Positions 49,442 through 59,228 of a stretch of 64,000 bases of DNA are shown here, in pieces (within the stretch, counting starts at the first letter, position 1; each line of letters begins with the position of its first letter). The DNA is from an uncultured archaeon (GTDB lineage Archaea; Asgardarchaeota; Lokiarchaeia; Sigyniarchaeales; SOKP01): positions 1-64,000 of the forward strand of contig CAZWEM010000016.1 of assembly GCA_964632315.1 (NCBI GenBank). Direction: 5' to 3'. The notes under the pieces were generated by a model. It had not been told where the DNA came from. It saw only the letters and a list, made by a program, of their open reading frames with translations, and did not search any database. Position numbers and translations under genes: made by a program.

Positions 49442-50518
49442 TTACTCATATATTTTTTGGATATGATACTTCAATTTGCAATCACATTCCATTTTCTCTT
49501 CTGGATACTTGATTTCATTAAGGTTTTGAGTAAGTACAAACTTTTGTAGTATTTTTTTCATGTTCTCATTACACAGCCTATCATTACAATTGTGTATTCC
49601 CCTTTTTGTACCTGCTCCAGAAGGATCTGACACAATACGCGTGCTTTCTAATATTTCTTGAGAGCTTATTGCAGACTTCAGACATTTTATTAAAGAGTAA
49701 AACCATGGTGGACGATAAAGCTTTTTTTTCCAAAGATATTCAACCAAAGTACCTTTTTGAATGTTAATAGGGTTAATAGAGATAGTATTAACTTTTAATT
49801 CTATCAATTTCTTGATTGAAGTGACACAATCATCGATCGCGGACTTTTCATTAAGGAAAGGGGGTTTTAATAAAAGATATACTCTTACGCCTAATTGATA
49901 GCTTTTGCATAACTTTACAGCTGATAAAAAGTCATCATAAAGTAGTCCCTTGTTCAAGTATTTAATACGGATATGATCATTCGAAGTTTCTAGTCCTATG
50001 GCTATCTCAATATGTTTATTCCCTAACATTTCTTTCATTTTCTTTAGCTTTGTTTTATCCAAAAATTCAACTCGAGATTCCACAACTATCTCCTTAATCT
50101 TATCAACTTGACTGATTTTTTGATAAATTAACTCTCTCGTATCTTCATTCATTTCTTCATCATCAAAGAAACTGCCAGAATTAAATATTTTTATAATAAA
50201 ATTAAAACTATCTTTCTCTATCTCTTCAATTTTAGCATTCCATGCTTTCTGGAATTGATTTATAATGTGATGGGATTCCACATTTTTTATATAAGAATCT
50301 TTAATGTATCCACACATAGAACATCCCCCTGTATCGCTTAATGCCCATTTACATCCTCTTGTTCTAAGAATAATTGTAAACTCTTTGCCAATCTCGTTTA
50401 ATAAACGATCTTCCTTTATCCAATAACTTATTGGGTTACTCAATTCCCTTTCAGATAGTTCGGGTATTTCTTTTAGGGCTTTTTTCCGAATTTGTTTCAA
50501 TTCTTCGATCATTTTCAT
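49442..50518 (-). CDS. Radical SAM enzyme for archaeosine synthesis (RaSEA-like)
   Basis: ILRTRGCKW...GGCSMCGY, FNSGSFFD, GLET, LLKPPFL, YRPPW; overlaps the arcS stop. Confidence 0.85.
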   Translation of the reverse strand: MKMIEELKQIRKKALKEIPELSERELSNPISYWIKEDRLLNEIGKEFTIILRTRGCKWALSDTGGCSMCGYIKDSYIKNVESHHIINQFQKAWNAKIEEIEKDSFNFIIKIFNSGSFFDDEEMNEDTRELIYQKISQVDKIKEIVVESRVEFLDKTKLKKMKEMLGNKHIEIAIGLETSNDHIRIKYLNKGLLYDDFLSAVKLCKSYQLGVRVYLLLKPPFLNEKSAIDDCVTSIKKLIELKVNTISINPINIQKGTLVEYLWKKKLYRPPWFYSLIKCLKSAISSQEILESTRIVSDPSGAGTKRGIHNCNDRLCNENMKKILQKFVLTQNLNEIKYPEEKMECDCKLKYHIQKIYE

Positions 50519-52584
50519 TATTTTCCTGCTTTATTGATTATTTCTGCAATTCTACCTGACATTGAATTTTTAAGAAATGAAGCTCCCACTATCATCTTTG
50601 CAATGGAAATAATGTTTTGCTTTTCGTTATCCCATATCACTACATACCCTTTCGGTTTTAAATCTAAACTATAATCGATAATACCTGGTCTGAATAAAGT
50701 GCTCCCTCTTATTTGCTTACCGTCAAAAATTATATACTTATATTTTCTGAAATGCTCTTTAATCTTATTTGCTCCTTTCAAAGTTAATTCTAACTCGCCG
50801 GTATTTTGATCATATTCTCCCAAATTAGATTTTGATTTTAAATCAACTATGAAAGAGAGTTTTCTTCTTCTATCTTCCTTTATCTTATAATCACCAGAAA
50901 GAAGCAGTTCTCCAACCATTTTACCGTAATGATAATCGATAATTTTTTCCAATTTTCTTTTATGATAATTTACTTTTGGATTAGATTGGATCGGATTAAG
51001 ATTAAATTTTTCTATTGAATTTCCTAAAGATACGAGGGAATCACGTGAAGTCGTGGATCCAACAATATCAGTGAAATAAAAATTATGATCAGTTTTATCA
51101 ATTACTTTAGATACAATTTTTCGATAGCCTCCCTTTGGGAGATGACAGATTATTGGTATTTGGGAGTTATATTTTTCAAGGAATTTTAATAGCATATTTT
51201 CAGTAATCTTGATCTCAGTATCATCCCACTCTCCAGTTACTGAGATATTATATGAATTTGCTGGATATATTGTTTCAAGTTGCCGAGGAATGACTCCTAG
51301 TGGAGATGTAAGGATAAATTCTTGGATCTGTGAAAAGTTTGCATTTTTCTTCATTACTGAAAGAAATTTACGATGAGATTTTGATAAAGAATACGGTTTT
51401 TTAGATGAACACGGTAATAAAACGATTATCTTAGTCCAATTCTCAGGTGTAAATGTCTCCACCACTCTTTTCCTAAATCTTACAAAATCAGGGCGATGAT
51501 AAGAGGAGGGGCCTATGCTATTAATCGTCATTCTTTCTTGAATTACTGGTGTTTCACTACAAATAAATTCAGAATACTGTTTATCTAAAATTTTTAACAT
51601 TGAAATGAGGTTTGTGTCATCATTCGAAGATTTTTCAACGAAAAACCTAAAATCTTCCGTTTTAAGATATTGTTTTATTTTTTGCATGTAATTGTTAAAT
51701 GTTGTTAAATTATGCAGCGAAAGCAATTCTATTTTCTCTCTTGAAGGAGATGTTGAATCTAGATCTAATAATTTTGTCCTACATGAGCTACATGAACAAG
51801 CGAAATATTTCATTTTATGCAATGGTATTGAATATTCAATGGTATTATAAAAATACTCAGATGCAAGAAAGAGAGAATAAGATGCATCAATTAAATCAAA
51901 TCCCAAATATACCAATAAAGGGTAAAATTTTGGAATTATTTTACCCGAAATCATTAAGACTAAGTTAGGATCTAAATCTCTTTTTACTTGGATAATTAAT
52001 TTTAAGATTTGTCTGAAATTTTTGATGGAATTAAAAAGATCTTCAAAATTCAGGAGCTTGATATTATTATACTGTTTGAATAAATCAATGTATTCCTCTA
52101 TTAAATCTGGATAATCAAATAATTTAATGGTGACTCCAAAATTTAAATCAGGATACTCTTCCAATATATTTCTTGCTGTTTTAACATAATGATTTATTTC
52201 ATTTTTAGCAAACTCTCTATTTACAACATATGATGGATTATTGAATGGGATTAATGCAATTAAGTTATCTTGTGAGAAAATTTCAATTTTTTCCTCTAAA
52301 ATCTCTTGAAATCTTTCCAGAGTTCCATAATGAGTGTAAATAAACCCATTTTCTCTGAATTTATCTTGAATAAAAGCGATTTTAAGAAACATCACTTTTG
52401 AAATTATAAAAATTTGGTGTTTTTCAAATTCCTCCAAAAATGATACGATGCTCAATAAAAAATTCTTTAAAGGAATTACCGTATTTGGAGTAGATACAAA
52501 CCTTTTGAATTCTTTGGATAATATGATTCGACCCGTTCGTGATAAACCAATCTCTTTTCTCAGTAACTCAAAAAAAAAAGTCAT
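50518..52584 (-). CDS. arcS: Archaeosine synthase alpha subunit (TGT-like, DUF5591-like and PUA domains)
   Basis: CSCSSC...HN, LLPCSSKKPYSLSKSH, TSPLGVIPRQLE and PUA-like GSTLFRPGI. Confidence 0.85.
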   Translation of the reverse strand: MTFFFELLRKEIGLSRTGRIILSKEFKRFVSTPNTVIPLKNFLLSIVSFLEEFEKHQIFIISKVMFLKIAFIQDKFRENGFIYTHYGTLERFQEILEEKIEIFSQDNLIALIPFNNPSYVVNREFAKNEINHYVKTARNILEEYPDLNFGVTIKLFDYPDLIEEYIDLFKQYNNIKLLNFEDLFNSIKNFRQILKLIIQVKRDLDPNLVLMISGKIIPKFYPLLVYLGFDLIDASYSLFLASEYFYNTIEYSIPLHKMKYFACSCSSCRTKLLDLDSTSPSREKIELLSLHNLTTFNNYMQKIKQYLKTEDFRFFVEKSSNDDTNLISMLKILDKQYSEFICSETPVIQERMTINSIGPSSYHRPDFVRFRKRVVETFTPENWTKIIVLLPCSSKKPYSLSKSHRKFLSVMKKNANFSQIQEFILTSPLGVIPRQLETIYPANSYNISVTGEWDDTEIKITENMLLKFLEKYNSQIPIICHLPKGGYRKIVSKVIDKTDHNFYFTDIVGSTTSRDSLVSLGNSIEKFNLNPIQSNPKVNYHKRKLEKIIDYHYGKMVGELLLSGDYKIKEDRRRKLSFIVDLKSKSNLGEYDQNTGELELTLKGANKIKEHFRKYKYIIFDGKQIRGSTLFRPGIIDYSLDLKPKGYVVIWDNEKQNIISIAKMIVGASFLKNSMSGRIAEIINKAGK

Positions 52585-52639
52585 GTTTTCAAGTAAAAAT
52601 ATCTTTTTAATCTATTAAAATTAATTTATTTGAGAATTC

Positions 52640-53896
52640 CTAAAAAATTATGAAATTCGTGTGACTAATTAGCTCATCCAAAACAAAATTAGTAAAAGTA
52701 TCTTCTATATCTTCGGAATTGTAAAGATTTCTCATAAAATCAGCATAATCTTCTATTTTATTAACTCTAACAATGGCGAATAATCCATATTGTTCTCCAA
52801 TTCTAAATAGATCTGTAATGTATTTATTTGAATCTAGTCTCTTAGCAAGCTCATCATATTTTGAAGGATTTTTTGGTTTTATCCTAAGTAGATATTTTCC
52901 TTCAAACCCTACTTTTTTCGGAGAAAAGTTTACGGTATAATTTAAGATATTTCCATTATTTTCCAATCTTTTAATTCTATTATGTACAGTTGATTGAGAT
53001 ATTTCCATTTGAAATTGATTCTTGAAAATTTTACTTATTTCATATGTCGATATCGGTCTAGAGCCTTGAAAATCCCGAAGTATATGAAGAATTGAAAAAT
53101 CAATATCATCTATTTCAAATTCTGTATCCGCAATTTTCTTATCTGGTTTTAAGCCAATAATTTTGAATATCATTTCTATAATTTGTTCTATCTTACTATC
53201 CTTTTTTAAACCAGAAATAACAACTTTTCCATTTTCAAATATCGTAAATGATCTTGTTGGGCTCTCAAATCTTATTAATAGACCTGGAAATTTCTCGGGA
53301 TTAAATTCGATATTCATTTTTTCTTTATTCCTTGAAATAATTTCATTTAAGTCCAATCTCTCTTTAAGTTCTACTATAACATTATTTTTAGAAGGATCTT
53401 TGTTTTCTAAATCATCAATCAATTTTTCTTTCAGTGACATTCTTGTTTTTCTTAAACTTATACCGTTTGTTTTAAACACCTTAATAGTGTCAATAATTTG
53501 GTATTTTTTAAAATAGGACTTTGCCATTATTTTATCAATCGTGTTCAATATCTGATAATATTCTCTTGAAGATTTAAAAATTAATAAAGCAAATAAAGAA
53601 AAATCCCCAATAATACCATCTAACATCCTTAATTGTGAGATTTTTAATAGTTCATTTACCAATTCAGGTTCTTTAGGATTAGTTTTAATCTCAAGCATCA
53701 CAAATTTCAAGTTATTGGGTCGAATATCAGGATTTATGTTTATAGTAAAGTTTGTAATAATTCTGTCTTTTCTTAAATAACCAAGCTTATTTTGATATGT
53801 TTGCCTTGATAGTCCTAATTTTCGGGAATTTTTTGAAGCGCTGAACTTGGATTTACTATTTAGATTTTTTAATATATTTAAGGATTGGATATTCAT
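52640..53896 (-). CDS. Tandem Lrp/AsnC regulator with an inserted TBP-like repeat
   Basis: HTH-RAM at aa about 1-145 and 260-418; aa about 171-247 read LDLNEI...EFNPEKFPGLLIRFESPTRSFTIFENGKVVISG. Confidence 0.8.
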   Translation of the reverse strand: MNIQSLNILKNLNSKSKFSASKNSRKLGLSRQTYQNKLGYLRKDRIITNFTININPDIRPNNLKFVMLEIKTNPKEPELVNELLKISQLRMLDGIIGDFSLFALLIFKSSREYYQILNTIDKIMAKSYFKKYQIIDTIKVFKTNGISLRKTRMSLKEKLIDDLENKDPSKNNVIVELKERLDLNEIISRNKEKMNIEFNPEKFPGLLIRFESPTRSFTIFENGKVVISGLKKDSKIEQIIEMIFKIIGLKPDKKIADTEFEIDDIDFSILHILRDFQGSRPISTYEISKIFKNQFQMEISQSTVHNRIKRLENNGNILNYTVNFSPKKVGFEGKYLLRIKPKNPSKYDELAKRLDSNKYITDLFRIGEQYGLFAIVRVNKIEDYADFMRNLYNSEDIEDTFTNFVLDELISHTNFIIF

Positions 53897-54033
53897 TTCA
53901 TTACATTTTATTAATTTTTATGGAAATTATAAATTAAATGTTAGTTTTTACATAAAAATATTTGCTTTTAACCAAAAAAAGCTTTATTAATTAATTAAAC
54001 TTAAAAATCTTAAAACTCAAAAACTGAACAAAA

Positions 54034-55302
54034 ATGGTAAATTACAAAGTTGCTGATGAAAACCTTGCAGAACAAGGCAAAGAAGCTTTATACATTGCTG
54101 AAAATAAAATGCCGGTAACAGCTAAAGTCATCAGAGAGCGATTTGAAAGAGAAAAACCTTTAAAAGGAATAACGATAGCAGGATGCCTACATGTTACCAA
54201 AGAAACTGGAAATCTGGCCCGAACTCTAAAAGCTGGCGGAGCAGAAGTATACTTATGTGGTAGTAATCCATTATCTACACAGGATGATGTCTCAGCTGCT
54301 TTAATCAAGGAAGGCATTAATGTTTTTGCGTGGCACGGAAACACTGATGAGGAATTTTACTGGTGTATCAGACAATGTCTTAAAGCCAAACCAAATATAT
54401 TGATTGATGATGGGGCCGATATGATAGTCACTGCCCACAAGGAATTCCCTGAATTAATTCAAGATGGTACTATAATTGCTTGTCAAGAAGAGACAACTAC
54501 GGGGGTAAAACGATTTAGGGCAATGGATAAGCAAGGAGCCCTTAAAGTTCCTTTATTTCCAGTTAATGACGCACGATGTAAAAATCAATTTGATAATGAA
54601 TTGGGCACGGGACAAGGTATTGTGGCAGCAATCTATGGAATGCATGTTTTATTTGCTGGAAAGAATGTAGTTATTGCGGGATATGGGCATTGTTCATCTG
54701 GAATGGCTCTTCGAGCAAGAGGATTAGGCGCAAGTGTAACGGTTACAGAAGTAGATCCCATCAAAGCACTTCAAGCAAAATTTTCTGGTTTTAACGTGAT
54801 GCCTATTGCAGAAGCTTTACCTAAAGCAGATATAGTTCTCACTGCGACCGGATGTAAACATGTTATTACTCCTACTGAAGAAATGTTCAATAAACTTAAA
54901 GATGGGGTGATTCTTGGCAATTTAGGTCATTTCGATATTGAGATTCCAACAAAAGAACTCTATGAATATTCTAAAGAGATTAATCCAATTCGAAAGGATG
55001 TAGAGGAATTAATCTTTTCTGAAGGTAAGAAAGTATATTTATTAGCAAAGGGAAGACTGGCTAACTTGGTTTTATCTGAAGGGCATCCAAGCGAAGTCAT
55101 GGATATGTCATTTGCACTTCAGTCATTAATGTCCGAATTCATCGTCAAGAATAAGGAAAAGCTGAAAGCCGGTATAATTGAAGTCCCTACTGAAATAGAC
55201 GACCAAGTTGGACTTTTAAAGCTTAAAGCAATGGGGGTTGAAATTGATAAGCTAACTGAAGAACAATATAATTACATTCATGGTTATGAAGAAGGAACTT
55301 AA
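54034..55302 (+). CDS. ahcY: Adenosylhomocysteinase
   Basis: GCLHVTKET, SNPLSTQD, EETTTGV, GYGHC, GHFDIEI, GRLANL, GHPSEVMDMSFA. Confidence 0.96.
   Translation: MVNYKVADENLAEQGKEALYIAENKMPVTAKVIRERFEREKPLKGITIAGCLHVTKETGNLARTLKAGGAEVYLCGSNPLSTQDDVSAALIKEGINVFAWHGNTDEEFYWCIRQCLKAKPNILIDDGADMIVTAHKEFPELIQDGTIIACQEETTTGVKRFRAMDKQGALKVPLFPVNDARCKNQFDNELGTGQGIVAAIYGMHVLFAGKNVVIAGYGHCSSGMALRARGLGASVTVTEVDPIKALQAKFSGFNVMPIAEALPKADIVLTATGCKHVITPTEEMFNKLKDGVILGNLGHFDIEIPTKELYEYSKEINPIRKDVEELIFSEGKKVYLLAKGRLANLVLSEGHPSEVMDMSFALQSLMSEFIVKNKEKLKAGIIEVPTEIDDQVGLLKLKAMGVEIDKLTEEQYNYIHGYEEGT
55188..55302 (+). repeat. Left copy of a 115-bp direct repeat (ahcY 3' end)
   Basis: 93/115 identical, ungapped, to 58981-59095 (hand count). 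Confidence 0.9.
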
Positions 55303-55316
55303 TTTTTTATTTTAAA

Positions 55317-55460
55317 TTATTTTTTTCGACCTACTGGGCAACCTGGCCAATAAAAAGGATCAAATTTTTCTTTATTAAATCTATCATACCACTCTTTAAC
55401 AAATTCTTTGATTAAAAGAAAAGTTGGAAGCGGGAAGAAATTATAAAAATAGAAATTCAA
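55317..55460 (-). pseudogene. Short ORF or C-terminal gene remnant
   Basis: (M)NFYFYNFFPLPTFLLIKEFVKEWYDRFNKEKFDPFYWPGCPVGRKK*; the second half looks protein-like. Confidence 0.35.
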
Positions 55461-55708
55461 GATTGAATTATTAAATCAGCATCACTTCACTTCAATAAAA
55501 TTTATTCAATTATTTCTTGATTTTATTGAATAGCATCATAGACCAAAAATATCTCAAAAAAACCCATTTAGAGAATAAAGATGTACATTTGGATTATGTA
55601 ATAATCGAAAAAATTACACTAGAATTAATAATAGTTTGGCTGGAATAAGTAATTGTTTAATTTATCTCCATATATTTAATAATTAAATATTAAAAATTAA
55701 TTCAAATC

Positions 55709-57967
55709 ATGAATTCTATTTTTGAAAAAATTATTGAACCTACTGACAAATTTATATTTTTAGTTGGAGCAGGAATTTCTATGGATACTCCAAGTAGACT
55801 GCCTTCAGCTAAAAAGTTTGTTGAAACTCTGGTAAGATTATCCGTTCCTGCTGAAGAAATTGATCTGATTTTACAACAAGAATCTTTAAGATATGAGGTT
55901 TTTATTGAACAACTTCAACAATATATTGATAAATCTCTTAGATTTCTGGATTTTTTGGAAACAAGAATGAAACCAAATCTTATCCATTACTTTTTAGGTC
56001 ATAACATTATTGCTAAAAACTTTGTAATAACCACGAATTTTGATTACTTAATTGAATATGCACTGATAAACCTTCTTTCCAAAGAAGAAAGGAGCAAGAT
56101 AAATCCTATAATCCTAAAAAAACAATATTTAGATCTTAATCCGATAAGCGATTTAGCAAATACCAAACAGTTCTTACTTTTTAAACTCCATGGGTCAAAG
56201 AGAAATCTTATAACAGAACAAAATACAATCGAATCTTTGATTACTACCATTTCCTCACTAGGAAGGGATCGAGAGGAAGGGGACACTTTGACTATTGAAC
56301 CATATAAAAAGCCAATAATTTCTAAAATAATAAAAGATCGTGTTCTAATCATATTAGGCTATTCTGGAAGTGATGATTTTGATATTACTCCTTTCTTAAA
56401 AGAAATCACTTCATATCGAAAAGTCATTTGGATTGACCATATCCTGAAAACAGGATTAGAAAATATAGAAATAAATCATTTCAATTCAGGTTTAAATTCA
56501 GATCTAGCAAAACAAGAAAAACTCTTATTTGATATAAAGAATACACACAATATTGAGACATACTTAGTCAAAGTGAATACTAAAACTTTTATATCAGAAA
56601 TCTTATGGTCGAAAATTCTACCATCCATTGCAATCACTAAAGAAGAGGTTGAGGATGATATAATTTATCCTGATTTTGATGAATGGATAAAAACATTGGA
56701 TGAGTATGAAAATATTGATTTAATTACCCAATATAAATTCGCAGGATATATTTACTACAGTCTAAGTGATTGGAAAAATGCAGGACGTGTATGGCAAAAA
56801 GGATTAGATTTAGCTAGATCTAAGAATGATCTAAAAGGGGAATCAGAATTTTTAACCAATGTTGCAAGCCTCCCTTCTAGAGAATTACCCATTAATGAAT
56901 GTTTAGAAAATTTAGAAGTAGCAAAAAATTTATATGTCAAGCTTAATGATTATGAAGGGCAATCATCTTGTCTGAATAATATCGGAACCATCTATTCTAA
57001 TGAAGCCGATTTCAAAAATGCTATAAATAATTATTTGGAATCATTAAAGCTTAATGAAATACATAATGATTTAGAGGGATCTATAGTCCCTCTTCTTAAT
57101 CTTGGAGCCACTTATGGAAAAATGGGAAATCAGGATAAAGCTTTAGATTATTATCAAAAAGTTTTAAATATAGTAAATAAAACAGGAGATTTGCAACATA
57201 AAGCGCAAGCACTGATGAATATTGGGGTGGTTCATAAAGCCTCTGGAGAGAAGGAGAAAGCCTTGAAATTTTTTGAAGAAGCTTTACAGATTGATATTTT
57301 ACTTGGAACAATTCCAGAACAAACTGTAAGGCTAAATTATATTGGTTTAACATATCAAGATTTAGGGGATTATGACAAAGCATTTGAATTTTTTAATAGA
57401 GGACTTTATTTAGCAACAGAGATAAATGATTATGAGAGCAAGGCAAGTCTCTTTCATATGATTGGAAATTTACATGATCTTTTGAAAAACAAGCTAGAAG
57501 CTACTAAGAATTGGGAGAATGCTCTTAAAATTTGTGAAGAACACAATATGATCCCTAATAAAGTGAACATTCTAAACTCTATGGGATCCTCCGCCTATAA
57601 TCTCGGGAATTATGATGAAGCTTTAGCACTATTCAGGCGCTCTTTAGAAACCGCTCAGGTAATTGGTGATAAGAATTTCATTATTGAAATGTATAATAGT
57701 ATAGCTGTAGTATCTCATACTATGCAAGACTACGAAAGATCTTATAATAGTTATTTAATGATCCTTGATCTCTTAAAAGATGGCGATGATATAGAGAGAA
57801 AAGCGAAATATCTTAGAAGTATGGCTATTTCTTATTATAATTATACACAAGATTGTGAAATGGCAATTGAGATATTAAAAGATGCCCAAGCAATTTATGA
57901 AGGATTAGGTGATGCTCAAACTATAGAGGAAATTAAAAATGACATTGAAAATCTTCAAAATCAATAA
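55709..57967 (+). CDS. SIR2-like domain protein with C-terminal TPR array
   Basis: FLVGAGIS, TTNFDYLIE, KLHGS and ILGYSGSDDFDI, followed by about 9 TPRs (e.g. LNNIGTIY, LMNIGVVH). Confidence 0.88.
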   Translation: MNSIFEKIIEPTDKFIFLVGAGISMDTPSRLPSAKKFVETLVRLSVPAEEIDLILQQESLRYEVFIEQLQQYIDKSLRFLDFLETRMKPNLIHYFLGHNIIAKNFVITTNFDYLIEYALINLLSKEERSKINPIILKKQYLDLNPISDLANTKQFLLFKLHGSKRNLITEQNTIESLITTISSLGRDREEGDTLTIEPYKKPIISKIIKDRVLIILGYSGSDDFDITPFLKEITSYRKVIWIDHILKTGLENIEINHFNSGLNSDLAKQEKLLFDIKNTHNIETYLVKVNTKTFISEILWSKILPSIAITKEEVEDDIIYPDFDEWIKTLDEYENIDLITQYKFAGYIYYSLSDWKNAGRVWQKGLDLARSKNDLKGESEFLTNVASLPSRELPINECLENLEVAKNLYVKLNDYEGQSSCLNNIGTIYSNEADFKNAINNYLESLKLNEIHNDLEGSIVPLLNLGATYGKMGNQDKALDYYQKVLNIVNKTGDLQHKAQALMNIGVVHKASGEKEKALKFFEEALQIDILLGTIPEQTVRLNYIGLTYQDLGDYDKAFEFFNRGLYLATEINDYESKASLFHMIGNLHDLLKNKLEATKNWENALKICEEHNMIPNKVNILNSMGSSAYNLGNYDEALALFRRSLETAQVIGDKNFIIEMYNSIAVVSHTMQDYERSYNSYLMILDLLKDGDDIERKAKYLRSMAISYYNYTQDCEMAIEILKDAQAIYEGLGDAQTIEEIKNDIENLQNQ

Positions 57968-57986
57968 ATTATATTCCTACTAAATT

Positions 57987-58082
57987 ATGTTTGATGTAGA
58001 AAAATGTGTAAGATGTGGAAAATGCTTAGAAAGTTGTCCCATAATCGATTTAAATATTAATTCTTATGAGAAATATTTTTAG
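57987..58082 (+). pseudogene. 31-aa fragment with a 4Fe-4S motif
   Basis: MFDVEKCVRCGKCLESCPIIDLNINSYEKYF* (CxxCxxCxxxCP). Confidence 0.65.
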
Positions 58083-58117
58083 AAGTATTTTAATTCAGTA
58101 ATGCAAATGTTGAATTT

Positions 58118-58951
58118 ATGAGTGATAATTTCCTAAAAAAATATGAGCTTGCAATTTATTACATACTAACGTTTGTATTTATGGGTATTGGGGCTTTAAT
58201 ATCATTCATATTTCAAATCGAGATTTTTAGTATCACTAACTTAGATGCTATTGCTTTGATTTTGTGGGTGTTCATGGTCTTTAGTCCCACCTACTCTGCT
58301 TTCCTTCTTACAGGTATAAATTATGGTAAAGAAGGTCTGAAAGAACTATTCTCAGGTTACTTAAAGTTTAGAGTATTATGGAAATGGTGGTTAGGTGCAT
58401 TAGCTCTTATAATTGTGCCATTTTTGATATGTGTCGTCATTGCATTAGTAAGTGGAGGATACACGCTTCCTGGGGAGTTTACAATCCCGCTTTTACTTGT
58501 TAGTATAGTTTACACCTTCTTTTCTGGGCCTATCGCGGAAGAAGCTGGTTGGAGAGGTTTTGCACTCCCCCGAATGCTTAAGAAACAAAGTGCTACTACT
58601 GCTACACTCTTACAAGGGGTGATTTGGATTTTTTGGCATGTGCCTTTAATCATTGTTCCGGCATCCTCTCAATCAACCGCATTTTGGCCAGTTTATGCTA
58701 TTTTAATATTATTGATTAATATTATTTTAAACTGGTTATATATAAATTCAAAAGGTAGCTTAGCAATTACAATCCTTGCCCACTTCTCTTTTAATTTTAG
58801 TAGCGTACTTATAATTAGTTTGCTCTCTTTGGTTCCATACATGATCTTTAGTATTGTAGGCTCTATTCTCGGAGTGCTTTATCTCTTGTATATATATATC
58901 TTGTTTGGTTCGAAGACATACAAACGCCGTTCTAAACAAGCTAAAGAATAA
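58118..58951 (+). CDS. CPBP (CAAX/Abi) intramembrane metalloprotease
   Basis: EEAGWRG, WIFWHVP, AHFSFN. Confidence 0.9.
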   Translation: MSDNFLKKYELAIYYILTFVFMGIGALISFIFQIEIFSITNLDAIALILWVFMVFSPTYSAFLLTGINYGKEGLKELFSGYLKFRVLWKWWLGALALIIVPFLICVVIALVSGGYTLPGEFTIPLLLVSIVYTFFSGPIAEEAGWRGFALPRMLKKQSATTATLLQGVIWIFWHVPLIIVPASSQSTAFWPVYAILILLINIILNWLYINSKGSLAITILAHFSFNFSSVLIISLLSLVPYMIFSIVGSILGVLYLLYIYILFGSKTYKRRSKQAKE

Positions 58952-58980
58952 TCTAAATCCTATTTTCTTTTTGATTTTAA

Positions 58981-59095
58981 TACTGAAATCGATGACCAAG
59001 TTGGGTTCCTAAAGCTTCAATCAATGGCTGTTGAAACTGATGAGTCAACAAAAGAGCAATATAATTATATCCATAGCTACGAAGAAGGAACTTAA
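58981..59095 (+). repeat. Right copy of the direct repeat: orphan ahcY 3' fragment
   Basis: Translates TEIDDQVGFLKLQSMAVETDESTKEQYNYIHSYEEGT*, versus AhcY TEIDDQVGLLKLKAMGVEIDKLTEEQYNYIHGYEEGT*. Confidence 0.9.
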
Positions 59096-59228
59096 ATTCT
59101 ATCTTTTTTTGTTTTTTTAATTACATCTAAATTTGCTTTGCTATTTATTTAAACATAATGATTTTTATTTAAATCATCTCGAGTGATATTTCTAGAGAAT
59201 CTAAATAGAAAGAAAAAAAATTAGCAAC

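Larger units (their letters stand above)
55303..58980. mobile_element. Putative degraded island between duplicated ahcY 3' ends
   Basis: Bounded by the direct repeats; carries SIR2-TPR, a CPBP protease and two gene fragments; no integrase is present. Confidence 0.6.

Noticed and set aside
58040-58085. AAATATT/AATATTT hairpin after the CP of the 4Fe-4S fragment, resembling the rubredoxin intron
   Set aside because: No BHB and no downstream exon continuing an Fe-S protein.
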